From positions 1,952,001-2,016,000 of the forward strand of contig CAVYRF010000002.1 in the NCBI GenBank assembly GCA_963770895.1: a DNA stretch of 64,000 nucleotides. The letters are read 5' to 3'. The notes below the pieces were generated by a model that ran no database searches, was not told where the DNA came from, and worked only from the letters and a program-made list of their open reading frames with translations. Shown in pieces: positions 28,849 through 37,626 of the stretch. Each line of letters opens with the position of its first letter. Position 1 is the first letter of the stretch. The translations under genes and the position numbers were made by a program. The DNA comes from an uncultured Acidobacteriota bacterium. GTDB lineage: Bacteria > Acidobacteriota > Thermoanaerobaculia > Multivoradales > UBA5704.

Positions 28849-29412
28849 ATGGCTACAGTAGAGCACGCTACTCTGTTCCATGTGAGTCGGATTATTCGCC
28901 GTCCCGGCGAGGAGGTGGCGCCAATTGCTGACGTGTCACATTTCGTTAGGAACCAACTGACTACTCCGTTGGGGCGCCGAATTGAGGAAGTCCTCGAGCG
29001 CGAGCGACCCGCAGCATGTGTTTCGCGGCACAAGGCACACTATGCCTGTCTCGAACTTCCAGAATGCGCCGCGTTCATGAGTGGTGAGGACGGGCGCAAC
29101 TCTCGCTCTTCCTCGGCCGCTCCGCTTCATTTTTACCGGGTTTTGATGGAGCGCGCAAGTAAGTCGCCCATAGCTCTGGTTGACGGCGTAGGGAGACATC
29201 TTGAGGATGCCGAGGCCCTTTCAGCCATCATAAGTGAGTACTGGGCTCCGAGGCTTGATTGGGATTTCTATGAATACCTCGGGCTTGCTATGACTATTAT
29301 CCGAGAAGTAGAGTCCCCGGATATTGCAGATGAAAGCGCAGCGCGGTTCGCATATGGAAGAGACCGAGAAAAGTGCTTGAGGCAGTGGCCTGATCGCAAG
29401 GCTCTTGGGTGA
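28849..29412 (+). CDS. Hypothetical protein, possibly DUF2441/ADP-ribosyltransferase-like
   Basis: AGGAGG RBS; LFHVS...IEEVLERERP..VSR...Y pattern; visibly lower GC than the host genes. Family assignment is tentative. Confidence 0.55.
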   Translation: MATVEHATLFHVSRIIRRPGEEVAPIADVSHFVRNQLTTPLGRRIEEVLERERPAACVSRHKAHYACLELPECAAFMSGEDGRNSRSSSAAPLHFYRVLMERASKSPIALVDGVGRHLEDAEALSAIISEYWAPRLDWDFYEYLGLAMTIIREVESPDIADESAARFAYGRDREKCLRQWPDRKALG

Positions 29413-29903
29413 CGATGGCGCGCTGTTAGGTGCAAGGTTGTACGGAAATCGAATCCTCGCAACAGACGGTGGCGCTTCCTCATTAGGGTCCCCCCCTCAT
29501 CCTCTATGCCAGCACTTGCCCTGAACGTATTTGCGGCTTAGGGAATGCCGCTCGCGACGACTTGCGAGTCGCTGTCCTCCGAGCGATCAGGCCGAGGTCA
29601 ATCCCAACTGGTAGGAATGAGGGCTCTCTCATTGTCCTCGACCACCCACGCCGCGCACGCTGATCGGAGGTGCAGAGGCGTGGTTTTTCCTCACCCTGGC
29701 GGTCGGCCGGATGTGCTCGAGCCAGCTCTGCGATGTCTCGCCCCCTCCTCAAAGTGGCTGTCTGCCATGCTAGGCCTTGCCCTCCTCCACCTCGAAGAGT
29801 ACTGTTCCATTTACCGCAGATCGGTGTGCGGCACATCCCGGACTTGGCCAGTTTGTCGCTACAATGAGTACCACGGTGGCGGACGCCCCGCTGCGGACCT
29901 CAC

Positions 29904-30243
29904 ATGGCAAGGGAAATCGGCAGGCTTGCCGACAAAGACGGTAACGAGTTCGAACGCCTATGGCTGGTGTCATTGGCTTTGCGCGCGCTGGCCGGCGAAA
30001 TCACCTCGTTGCACTGGGAGCGCGCCGGCGAGATCGGATTCGGCATCGAGTGTGAGGTCACCTTCCCCGACGGGCGGCGCCAGGTTCACCAGTGCAAGAT
30101 CGAGAACGGCGCCCTGGGCCGCTGGTCGGCCGCTGACCTCGCGGCGGCGGGCGTTCTGGATGCCGCCCTTCGCCACCTTCAGAGACCAGGAGTCGCGGAG
30201 TTCGTCTTTGTCTCCCGCGACCCCGTCCTGGTGCTGCGCGACC
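29904..30243 (+). pseudogene. N-terminal PD-(D/E)xK-like nuclease domain of a large NTPase-type defence protein, truncated
   Basis: ADKDGNEFERLW...GIECEV...HQCK...GRWS...L...FVFVS; interrupted at 30244 by a copy of 34589-34699. Confidence 0.6.
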
Positions 30244-30354
30244 TGGGCGTGCCCCCCTTGGGGATCGCGTCGAGAAGGAAGAGGTACTGGCCCCAGAAGT
30301 CCCGCTGCTGTCGCGGTGTCCCGACCACCTTCTTGTTCCGCCGCAGCACCACGT
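30244..30354. repeat. 111-bp direct repeat of 34589-34699
   Basis: 110/111 identical by direct comparison. Confidence 0.95.
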
Positions 30355-30384
30355 GCCCCCCGCCCCGCCGCCCCCGCCCCCCAA

Positions 30385-30693
30385 CGCAAGCATGGGCTAT
30401 GGAAGGTGCCGCGCCTGATGGAAACCGCGGACCCAACAGGGGGCCGCCCGCGTCGCTGCGCTCCGCTGCCGCCCGCCCCCGCGGCCCCCGGTCCGCCGTT
30501 TCCACAGTCGCTTGCAAACCGGCTCCCGGCCCCCCACCACACCCGCCCTCTACCTACCGCCCTCGCCGGTTAGCACACCTCCCACAGCCCCGGCGGCGAC
30601 GGCTCATGTAGACTCTTCTTGAAGGACCAAACCCGCTGAGGGTGGGTCACTTTCCAGTCGTTGCCCTGGGTCACTTTCCGAGCGTTGCCAGCA
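30385..30693 (+). mobile_element. IS21-family-like end remnant with a structured 3' region
   Basis: Tandem TGGGTCACTTTCCnnnCGTTGCC units at 30643 and 30667 (24-bp period) ending ...AGCA, preceded by nested inverted repeats; no transposase. Confidence 0.6.
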
Positions 30694-31056
30694 GGAGGTG
30701 CGGCGAGCCAGACCGCGCCGGACCGCCCCGAGCGACGGCTCTGAAGCTGCCCCTCGGAGATCACCTCTTTAGTATGCCAGATATCGCACCTCATGAGTAT
30801 GCAAAAAGAGTAGCACGCATTTCCGGTCTCCGCCAAGCGCCGCCGCGCCTTACGTCGGCTCCTGCTAGAGGCCCACGGTAACGCGCTCGGCGTCCTCGTC
30901 AGAGGGTGCGCCGCCAGACTACCGGGACAACGGCCATTGCCATCATTGGCTGGCCCTGACGTGCATGCTTCTGAAGATGCGGAAGGTTTAGGCCGCCAGC
31001 TATGGGCCTATCCTCGCCAGGCTGAGTAGCGGGCGCCGGTCGTGGGGTTGGTGGAC

Positions 31057-31165
31057 CCGAGCAGCGCGGGTAGCTCGCTGGCGCGTTAGACGGGGCGCAG
31101 CTCGCCGGGGGGGCCACCTGGGCGTTGTTGCTTGCGTAGATGACGACGTTGCCAAGGACCCGCTT
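31057..31165. repeat. Degenerate copy of about 32808-32930
   Basis: AGCTCGCTGGCGCG.TAGACGGGGCGCAGCTCGCCGGGG...GATGACGAC.T.GCCAAGGAC shared; the copy carries stop/indel damage. Confidence 0.8.
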
Positions 31166-31405
31166 CGCACAACGACGACGAGGGGGGCGTAGCGACATTG
31201 TCCAGCTTTACGGCAAGCGCGCCCCGAGTGGCGAGAACCATTCCGCGAGACGGGCGGGAGCGATCAGATGCAGCTCCTGGCTCCAGGAGGTTTGGGTTCG
31301 TCAGAAAGACCCGCCGCTGACACCGCGGACGCCTCTGCGCTGTCGCTGTGTCCGGTGACCTGCTCCCCGCTGGAGCGCTATACTGAACGGGGGGGTGTAG
31401 ATGCG

Positions 31406-31642
31406 ATGGTGTACCACGGAACAGTAAAGGGTGGCGCAATTGTGCTTGATCCCGGTGTCAAGCTGCCAGACGGAGCGACAGTGCGCGTGGAGTTTGACCC
31501 GCCGGAGGGCTCGCCGAGCGGCGCCGGCGACGATCCGCTCCTGAAGATGGTCGAGCTGGCTGTCGAGACCGGCATCCCGGACCTCGCCACCAATGCCGAT
31601 CACTACCTCTACGGCCATCCCAAGGCGAGCGATGCCGGCTGA
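31406..31642 (+). CDS. Putative VapB-type antitoxin
   Basis: YHGTVKGGAIVL...LPDGATVRV...DLATNADHYLYG; overlaps the PIN gene. Confidence 0.75.
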   Translation: MVYHGTVKGGAIVLDPGVKLPDGATVRVEFDPPEGSPSGAGDDPLLKMVELAVETGIPDLATNADHYLYGHPKASDAG

Positions 31643-32063
31643 GGCCGTGTTTCTCGATACCAACGGCTGGCTGGCTCTGCTGAACTCCTCCGATCTACTC
31701 CATTCCGCTGCGCGCCAGGCTTGGGCAAGCCTGGTAGCCCGACAGCGCCGGGTCGTTCTTACCGATTGGATCGTCGCGGAAACCGGGAACGGCTTGGCTA
31801 AGAGCCGCGGACGGGAGCAGTTTGTGGCCGCTGTGGGTCTTCTTCGCGCCAGCCCAAGGGTGGAACTGCTCCAGGTCTCCCCGCCGCTTCTCGACCGCGC
31901 CCTTGCGCTCTACGCGCGGAGGGCCGACAAGTATTGGGGATTGGTGGATTGCGCGAGCTTCGTGGTCATGGAGGACATGGGGATATCGCAAGCCTTCACC
32001 AACGATCGCCACTTCGAGCAGGCCGGATTCACCAACCTTCTGCCAGGTCCAGGCGCCTCGTAG
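31632..32063 (+). CDS. vapC: PIN-domain VapC toxin
   Basis: VFLDTNGW...TDWIVAE...LVDCASFVVM...FTNDRHF. Confidence 0.9.
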   Translation: MPAEAVFLDTNGWLALLNSSDLLHSAARQAWASLVARQRRVVLTDWIVAETGNGLAKSRGREQFVAAVGLLRASPRVELLQVSPPLLDRALALYARRADKYWGLVDCASFVVMEDMGISQAFTNDRHFEQAGFTNLLPGPGAS

Positions 32064-32092
32064 AGGCGGTGCTTGCCGCCTGGGTAGGGCGC

Positions 32093-32188
32093 GGGGACTT
32101 TTTTGTTTCCAATTCGCGGCTGCACACGGCGCGCTGCGAGCCGGTCACCAGCACCCCACTGGTAGAGATTCGGCCCTCCCCTCCCCCA
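32093..32188 (-). other. Conserved non-coding cos/packaging-site-like motif, copy 1
   Basis: Minus strand GGGGGAGGGGAGGGCCGAATCTCTA...GTGACCGG...CCGCGAATTGGAAACAAAAAAGTCC, directly downstream of DUF2280; homologous to 41282-41377. The cos function is inferred. Confidence 0.5.
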
Positions 32189-32230
32189 GGGCTCCGCGCT
32201 TACTGCGATTCGGGCATTGTCTTCCCCTTG

Positions 32231-32668
32231 TCAGCGGCCATTTTCGGGAAGGTAGATGACAATGGATGGGGGCAGCGGTGCGCCTCCCTTCCCGGATAGT
32301 TCGCGCCGATTGGTGAGCAGGCCGCCGACTTCCTCGGCGGCCTGGCGCAGGTGGCGAGCGGCCAGAGCGTCGTTGCCTCGGCTCTTGGCGCGACGGTATA
32401 GGGCCTGAAGCTCAGCAAGGCGGAAGGCTTGATGCGCGATGCCTTGCTGGGCGGTCTCTTGGATGTATGCGTCCCTGGTTGCGTCGAAGAGGACGCGCCA
32501 CTTCTCGGCCAGGTCGGGGGAGTGATCAGGGTGGTAGCGCCATGCTTGCCGGCGGTCGATGGTGAGATTGAAGCGTTCCGCGACGGCTTCCACAACTTCC
32601 GATGGCTCGCGGAAGCAGGCAAGTTGCTGCACGATAAACAGTTGCACTTCTTGTCGTAGCTTGGCCAT
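32231..32668 (-). CDS. DUF2280 family protein (terminase small subunit-like)
   Basis: MAKL...FIVQQLACF..PS.V.EAV...LAEKWRVLFDATR...IAH.AFRL..L...QAAEEVGG..TNRRELSG..G.P. Confidence 0.85.
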   Translation of the reverse strand: MAKLRQEVQLFIVQQLACFREPSEVVEAVAERFNLTIDRRQAWRYHPDHSPDLAEKWRVLFDATRDAYIQETAQQGIAHQAFRLAELQALYRRAKSRGNDALAARHLRQAAEEVGGLLTNRRELSGKGGAPLPPSIVIYLPENGR

Positions 32669-32683
32669 GGTCTGGTTTCCGTC

Positions 32684-33187
32684 TCAGCTGGGTCGCGGTA
32701 AGGCGGGCGACCTTGGGTGAGTGCTATTGGGCGAGGAGTCGGTCATGGTGCCGCGGAAGGTCTTCTTGAAAGCGTGGACCTGGCGCAGGTCGTCGGGGTT
32801 GGTGAGGCCGAGCAGTGCGCGCAGCTCGCTGGCGCGATAGACGGGGCGCAGCTCGCCGGGGTCCACGTGGGCGTTGTCGCTGGCGAAGATGACGACCTCG
32901 CCAAGGACACTGCTTCGCATTTCGACGACCAGGGCGGCGGTGGCGAAAACGTCCAGGGTCATGGCGCAGACCTCGTTCACCCGGAGGGGTGGCGCTGCTT
33001 CCGTGACGCCGGCCAGGGCCAGGGTGGGAGGAGACAGGAGGCGGAGGAGATTGGGCTTGTGCTTGCGCAGCTCCTCCAGCAGGTCTGGTGGGACGGCTTC
33101 GATCGGTCGAAAGCGAAGGCGGTTGCCGGAGGCCGACAGCTCGATTCCCCGGCGATCCAGCTCGGCAAGGATGCTCTCGGGACTCAT
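32684..33187 (-). CDS. Hypothetical protein with TubC-N-like N-terminal domain
   Basis: ILAELDRRGIELSASGNRLRFRP...LLEELRKHKPNLLRLL; this type of gene often follows replication genes in phage-related elements (from memory). Confidence 0.65.
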   Translation of the reverse strand: MSPESILAELDRRGIELSASGNRLRFRPIEAVPPDLLEELRKHKPNLLRLLSPPTLALAGVTEAAPPLRVNEVCAMTLDVFATAALVVEMRSSVLGEVVIFASDNAHVDPGELRPVYRASELRALLGLTNPDDLRQVHAFKKTFRGTMTDSSPNSTHPRSPALPRPS

Positions 33188-33499
33188 GGGTGTCAGACCT
33201 CGCCCCAGGCTGCCCCGTCGGCAGCAGGAGCTACGGCGGCGGAAACGACTGCTCCGCTCAAAGCCTGATTTCCCAGGCTTTCGGCAGCATCCCATTTCTG
33301 CCGCGCCCATTCTGCTTGGGTGGCGGGAATCCGCTCTTCGCAGAATGCAGATCCAGCAGGCGTTTCATGGGTGTCGCCATTTCCGCCGCCGTCCGCCGGC
33401 GGCTGGTGGTTGGGGAGACGCATTGAGGGGCCTATGCGGTGCCAGGCCACCGGAAGCCAGTTGACATGCCCTGTCCCGATAGTCACAATTCTGGTCATC

Positions 33500-33823
33500 A
33501 TGGTGAGGCGGCGGCCCTATGCCCTGGTCTACGCTCCCGTGGTCAAGTCGCACCTGCGGGTGATCGAGCGACACCATTACTCGTTGATTCGCGCGAGCAT
33601 CGAGGAGCAACTGCGGTTCGAGCCAGGCATCGAAACCACGAACCGCAAGCCGTTGCAGCAGCCTGCCCTCATCGCGGCGCAATGGGAGCTGCGCTTCGGC
33701 CCCGACAATCGGTTCCGTGCCTTCTACGAGATCGACCACGAGAGCCGGAAAGTCTACATCCTGGCGCTCGGTGTCAAGGAGCGGAATCGTTTGCTCATCG
33801 GAGGAGAGGAGGTAGATCTTTGA
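33500..33823 (+). CDS. RelE/ParE-family toxin
   Basis: EEQLRFEP..ET.NRKPL...WELRFG..NRFRAFYEID...V.ILALGVK. Confidence 0.85.
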   Translation: MVRRRPYALVYAPVVKSHLRVIERHHYSLIRASIEEQLRFEPGIETTNRKPLQQPALIAAQWELRFGPDNRFRAFYEIDHESRKVYILALGVKERNRLLIGGEEVDL

Positions 33824-34143
33824 AGATTGCATCGGTTGCAGAGGTCAAGGCTCAGTTCAGCGCCTACCTGAAGCAGAGCGAGCAGGGAGCGGTGATCGTC
33901 ACCCGCAACGGCAGGCCGGTAGCTGCGTTGCTGGCCATCCGGGACGACGAGGAGCTCGAAAACCTGGTCCTGGCGCACTCGCCTCGCTTGCGGTCGATCC
34001 TGGGTGCGGCACGGCAGCAGATCCGCGCCGGCGAAGGAGTCGATCACGGAGATCTTTGGCGCGAGATGGAGGCGGCGCCGCCCAAGGCGCGCCGCAAGAG
34101 CAAAGCCAGAAGGGTGCCTTCCGGCAAGCAGGGTAGTGCGTAG
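33820..34143 (+). CDS. Phd/YefM-family antitoxin
   Basis: KIASVAEVKAQFSAYL...VIVTRNGRPVAAL; TTGA overlap with the toxin. Confidence 0.88.
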   Translation: MKIASVAEVKAQFSAYLKQSEQGAVIVTRNGRPVAALLAIRDDEELENLVLAHSPRLRSILGAARQQIRAGEGVDHGDLWREMEAAPPKARRKSKARRVPSGKQGSA

Positions 34144-34229
34144 CAGGTCAGTGAAACCTGGACGCTCACTCATCTTCATTCCTCGATGCGAGAGCGGGCT
34201 TGGCCATCTGCTAGCTGCTGCGGCCGCCC

Positions 34230-34320
34230 ACACCCGCCCGCCCGGTATGCGCACCTGCCTGACGATCCCCGGCGAGCCGTTGCCGAGCAGATCGCCGGCC
34301 ACCTCGCTTCCCTGAGCGCC
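34230..34320 (+). pseudogene. Tyrosine integrase C-terminal remnant
   Basis: ARYAHLPDDPRRAVAEQIAGHLAS resembles the catalytic-Tyr tail 'T.RYAHL.DDP.R.A...IA'. Confidence 0.55.
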
Positions 34321-34415
34321 AAACCGAAAGGGGGGCCAGCTGGCAAGCTCTGTGTGGCGAAGGGATGCTGGCAGGCGCCGACCTAAAACCGTGACAGGTG
34401 CCGGGAGGGTATCTT

Positions 34416-35162
34416 CTAGGCGAAGTCGTCGCTCTGCCGCCAGCGGGTGTCCTCGATCGTAGCGCCGTCATCGAGATCGCTGATGGCGAGGTAGCCGCCG
34501 CGGCCGTGAGGCTTCATGCAGGCACGGGCTGCCCTCAACCGATCGCGGATCTTCTTCTCGTCCCAGAGACCGGCGTCAGCCAGCACCTTGGGCGTGCCCC
34601 CCTTGGGGATCGCGTAGAGAAGGAAGAGGTACTGGCCCCAGAAGTCCCGCTGCTGTCGCGGTGTCCCGACCACCTTCTTGTTCCGCCGCAGCACCACGTC
34701 AATCTGATACCGCCGGAGCTTGGCGCGGGCGATGGTCCACTGTGCGCGGAGATCCTTGGTGACGTCGAAGCTCACCAGATAGGTGCTGTCGGTGACGTCC
34801 GGGGGGGCCGAGCCTTCCCGGATCTCGGCGGCGGTCGTAACGGTCCCGAAGGACCGTACGAAGCGCAGGTCGTCCGGCCACATCTCGTTCGGGTCGTGGT
34901 AGCCGGCCACCAGGCCCCAGCGCTCCAACGCTGTCGGATCGGGGATGGTCTCGGGCTTGGGGGGCGCCCGCAGGACGTTCGGGTCGGGCTCGGGCGGTGG
35001 CGGCCGGCGCTCCTGCCATTCGGCCCGATAGGCCGGATTCCTGCGGAGGAACTGCCAGGCCCAGGCTTGGAGGGTCAGCCAGGCGGGGATCTCCTCCGCC
35101 TTGAACCTCTCGAACTCGGCCACCCAATCGATGGCTGGAGGCGCTTCGCCGGTCGTCGCCAA
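34416..35162 (-). CDS. DUF6499-like (transcriptional-regulator-like domain) protein
   Basis: WAWQFLRRNPAYRAEW...ERWGL motif. Confidence 0.7.
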   Translation of the reverse strand: MATTGEAPPAIDWVAEFERFKAEEIPAWLTLQAWAWQFLRRNPAYRAEWQERRPPPPEPDPNVLRAPPKPETIPDPTALERWGLVAGYHDPNEMWPDDLRFVRSFGTVTTAAEIREGSAPPDVTDSTYLVSFDVTKDLRAQWTIARAKLRRYQIDVVLRRNKKVVGTPRQQRDFWGQYLFLLYAIPKGGTPKVLADAGLWDEKKIRDRLRAARACMKPHGRGGYLAISDLDDGATIEDTRWRQSDDFA

Positions 35163-35230
35163 CTGATGACTGCCTGATGCCTGTGGTTTTCCGGGGACGG
35201 AGTCGATTTGCTCTAAGTTGTTGATTTGAT

Positions 35231-35279
35231 TGGTGCACCCAGGAGGATTTGAACCACCAACCTACAGATCCGTAGTCTG
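35231..35279 (-). repeat. att site: duplicate of the tRNA-Arg 3' 49 bp
   Basis: TGGTGCACCCAGGAGGATTTGAACCaCCAACCTACAGATCCGTAGTCTG matches 44975-45023 with one mismatch. Confidence 0.95.
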
Positions 35280-35435
35280 CCACGAACTGCATTAGCGGCG
35301 CTACGCTCTGTTTTCACTTCAGTGGTAAGTGATTCACTTGGCACGCTTTAGTGGTACCATGAGGATGCATGGCGAGTCAAGGTACGGCCTGCTCTATTCG
35401 CCCCGGATTCGCCCCAGGGCAGAGGGAGATGCGAA

Positions 35436-36707
35436 ATGCCACGACGGGCGGCTGCGATCCTTACGGACATCGCCATTCGTAGGCTGCGGCCGACGGCGCA
35501 GCGCTATGAGATCCGGGACGCCTCCAGGCCGGGCTTCGGGGTCCGGGTGGAGGCGGACGGTCGCAAGGTGTTCTTCCAGCGTTATGGAACGCGCGGCGAA
35601 AGGCGCCTCACGCTGGGCGCCTACTCCGGGGCATTCGGACTGGCACAGGCGAGAGCCGCCGCGGACAAGGCGCGCGCCGATCTCGCGGCCGGCCTCGATC
35701 CCATCGAAATCAAGCGGCAGCGTCGCCAACTGGAGCACGATGAAAGGCAGGCGCAGAAGGCGGCGCGTGATGGCCGGCCGGCTCCGGGTACGTTTGCTGA
35801 GCTAGCGGAACGCTACCTGCGAGACGCAAAGCGCCGCCGCCGGGAGCGCAGCGTGCAGGAGGACGAACGCAAGCTGCGGGTGGAGGTGCTTCCAGGATGG
35901 GGCGCGAGGCGCGTCCGGGAGCTTCGGCGTGCCGATGTTCTGCGCCTGGTCGAGGACTCGCGAGAGCGCGGGGGCGTGTGCTCCAATCGGACCCTGGCGC
36001 TGGTCCGCGCGGTCTTTCAGTACGCGGTGGACCGCGAGGAACTGGATGCCAACCCCGCACTGCGCATCCCGCGGCGCTATCTTTTTGTAGAGAAACCCCG
36101 CGAGCGCGTCCTGAGCCGCGCCGAGCTGCGCTCTCTGCTTGCCGTTGTAGACGACCTTGGCCCCATCGTCGGCGGGGCCTTCCGCATGATTCTTGTGACC
36201 GCCCAACGTCCCGGCGAAGTACTCCGCATGCGATGGGAGGAGATAGGCCGAGACGAAGGCGGTCCCTTCTGGGAGCTTTCAGATGAAGTTGCAAAGGCGG
36301 GCCGCGGTCATCGCGTCCCGCTCTCTCGCCAGGCAATCGCCGTGCTCGAACCGCTCCGGCGAATCACAGACTCGACCCCATGGGTTTTCGCGTCACCCTC
36401 GCCGCGGACGGAAGGGCCGGTGCGCTGGCTTTCCCATGCGGCGAACCGGCTGAGGCAGAAATCCGGCGTCGATCACTTCACCCCTCACGATCTCCGGCGC
36501 ACGGCGGCCACCTGCATGGGCGAGCGAGGGGTGCGGCCTGACGTGATTGAGCGCGTCCTGAACCACGTGCAAGCCAAGATCGCGCGCACCTACAACCGAG
36601 CCACCTACGATGCAGAGAAGCGCCAAGCTCTTGCCATTCTCGGCGACCTCATCGATTCGCTTGCGTCGGGCGAAGAAACGCCGTCGAACGTGGTCTGGCT
36701 TGCATGA
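35436..36707 (+). CDS. int: Tyrosine integrase (P4-like, N-terminal arm-binding domain)
   Basis: TAQRPGEV (R), HDLRRT (HxxR), LNH, TYNRATY (Y); N-terminus LTDIAIRRL...IRD...GFGVRV..G.K.F. Confidence 0.95.
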   Translation: MPRRAAAILTDIAIRRLRPTAQRYEIRDASRPGFGVRVEADGRKVFFQRYGTRGERRLTLGAYSGAFGLAQARAAADKARADLAAGLDPIEIKRQRRQLEHDERQAQKAARDGRPAPGTFAELAERYLRDAKRRRRERSVQEDERKLRVEVLPGWGARRVRELRRADVLRLVEDSRERGGVCSNRTLALVRAVFQYAVDREELDANPALRIPRRYLFVEKPRERVLSRAELRSLLAVVDDLGPIVGGAFRMILVTAQRPGEVLRMRWEEIGRDEGGPFWELSDEVAKAGRGHRVPLSRQAIAVLEPLRRITDSTPWVFASPSPRTEGPVRWLSHAANRLRQKSGVDHFTPHDLRRTAATCMGERGVRPDVIERVLNHVQAKIARTYNRATYDAEKRQALAILGDLIDSLASGEETPSNVVWLA

Positions 36708-36763
36708 GCCATGCGCCAGGACCAGTTTCGGGGAGCTAATTCTGCTGGCGCCGGAGGGATAAA

Positions 36764-37441
36764 ATGGGCATCAACGAGATCAGGGCTAGCACAGAGAGAT
36801 CCTTCGACCGCTGGCTAGCGGCAATAAGCAAGTTCGACTACTTCTATATGACCGTTGCGGCCGGCCTCTTGGCGTTCATCGCCAAGGACTACCATCCCCG
36901 TAGACTTGACTCTTGGCTGGACTTCTTCGATCCGGTCTCGATGCTACTTCTCATCGCCGCTTTTACGGTAGGCGCGCTCCGCGTGCAATTGGCCACGCAC
37001 CTGCTGTACCTCGAAGTGGAACAAGGGAAATGTCTATTCAGGATTGAGAAGTACCGGCCGGGCCTCACTAGCCCGGTTCCTGGGGAGGACAATGCCACCG
37101 GCCAAGCAATTGGGAAGGTCGAAGCACAAGAGACAGTGGATGCGGAAAGGGCAAGGCTCAGGGCCATCACGGAGGCGACGGCGAAGGTGACTATGCGCGC
37201 CGCAAAATTTTACCAAGCCCGAGTCTGGCTGCTCGCGGCTGGAATAGGCTTGCTCTTGGTTGGCCGAATACTGACTCCCTACTTCCCTGCATTCGCGGGT
37301 ACCGTTTCCATTCAACAATCCCCAGCGGCGACGACTGGCCCTGCAGGCTCGGCCGTCGGCAGGTCCTCGCCTCAGCTCTTGCTGGAGCAGAAGCTGCCTG
37401 CGCCTGCGGCTGAACCTACACAGGTCCGCCACCCCAGGTGA
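36764..37441 (+). CDS. Hypothetical three-TM membrane protein
   Basis: GGAGG RBS; three hydrophobic segments (about aa 24-40, 58-72, 154-171); KFDYF motif. Confidence 0.7.
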   Translation: MGINEIRASTERSFDRWLAAISKFDYFYMTVAAGLLAFIAKDYHPRRLDSWLDFFDPVSMLLLIAAFTVGALRVQLATHLLYLEVEQGKCLFRIEKYRPGLTSPVPGEDNATGQAIGKVEAQETVDAERARLRAITEATAKVTMRAAKFYQARVWLLAAGIGLLLVGRILTPYFPAFAGTVSIQQSPAATTGPAGSAVGRSSPQLLLEQKLPAPAAEPTQVRHPR

Positions 37442-37626
37442 CAGAATTGATTCCCGCCGCCCGCCCCGACGGCTTGGTGGCGGGCAGTGCCGCGCTCTTC
37501 GCCAGCCGGCTGGGCGGCTCCCCGGCCGCTGGACGGCGATCGCGGCACCTGAAGCCGCCGCTCCTGAGCCAGCCGCGCTGCCACGGCTGGCTGCGGCACC
37601 CGGTCATTCGCGGTAGACTCCGCGAT

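Noticed and set aside
28523-28881. Cys/Ser/Thr-rich short ORFs (28654-28881, 28523-28711) as further RiPP precursors
   Set aside because: No KLxLxRET leader, no clear RBS, and one overlaps the start of the 28849 gene.
30643-30689. CRISPR-like or iteron repeats
   Set aside because: Only two 23-bp units with a 1-bp gap and no cas genes; fits IS21-type terminal repeats better.
35231-35279. Second tRNA gene
   Set aside because: Only the 3' 49 nt are present, with no D-arm or 5' acceptor strand; it is an att duplicate.
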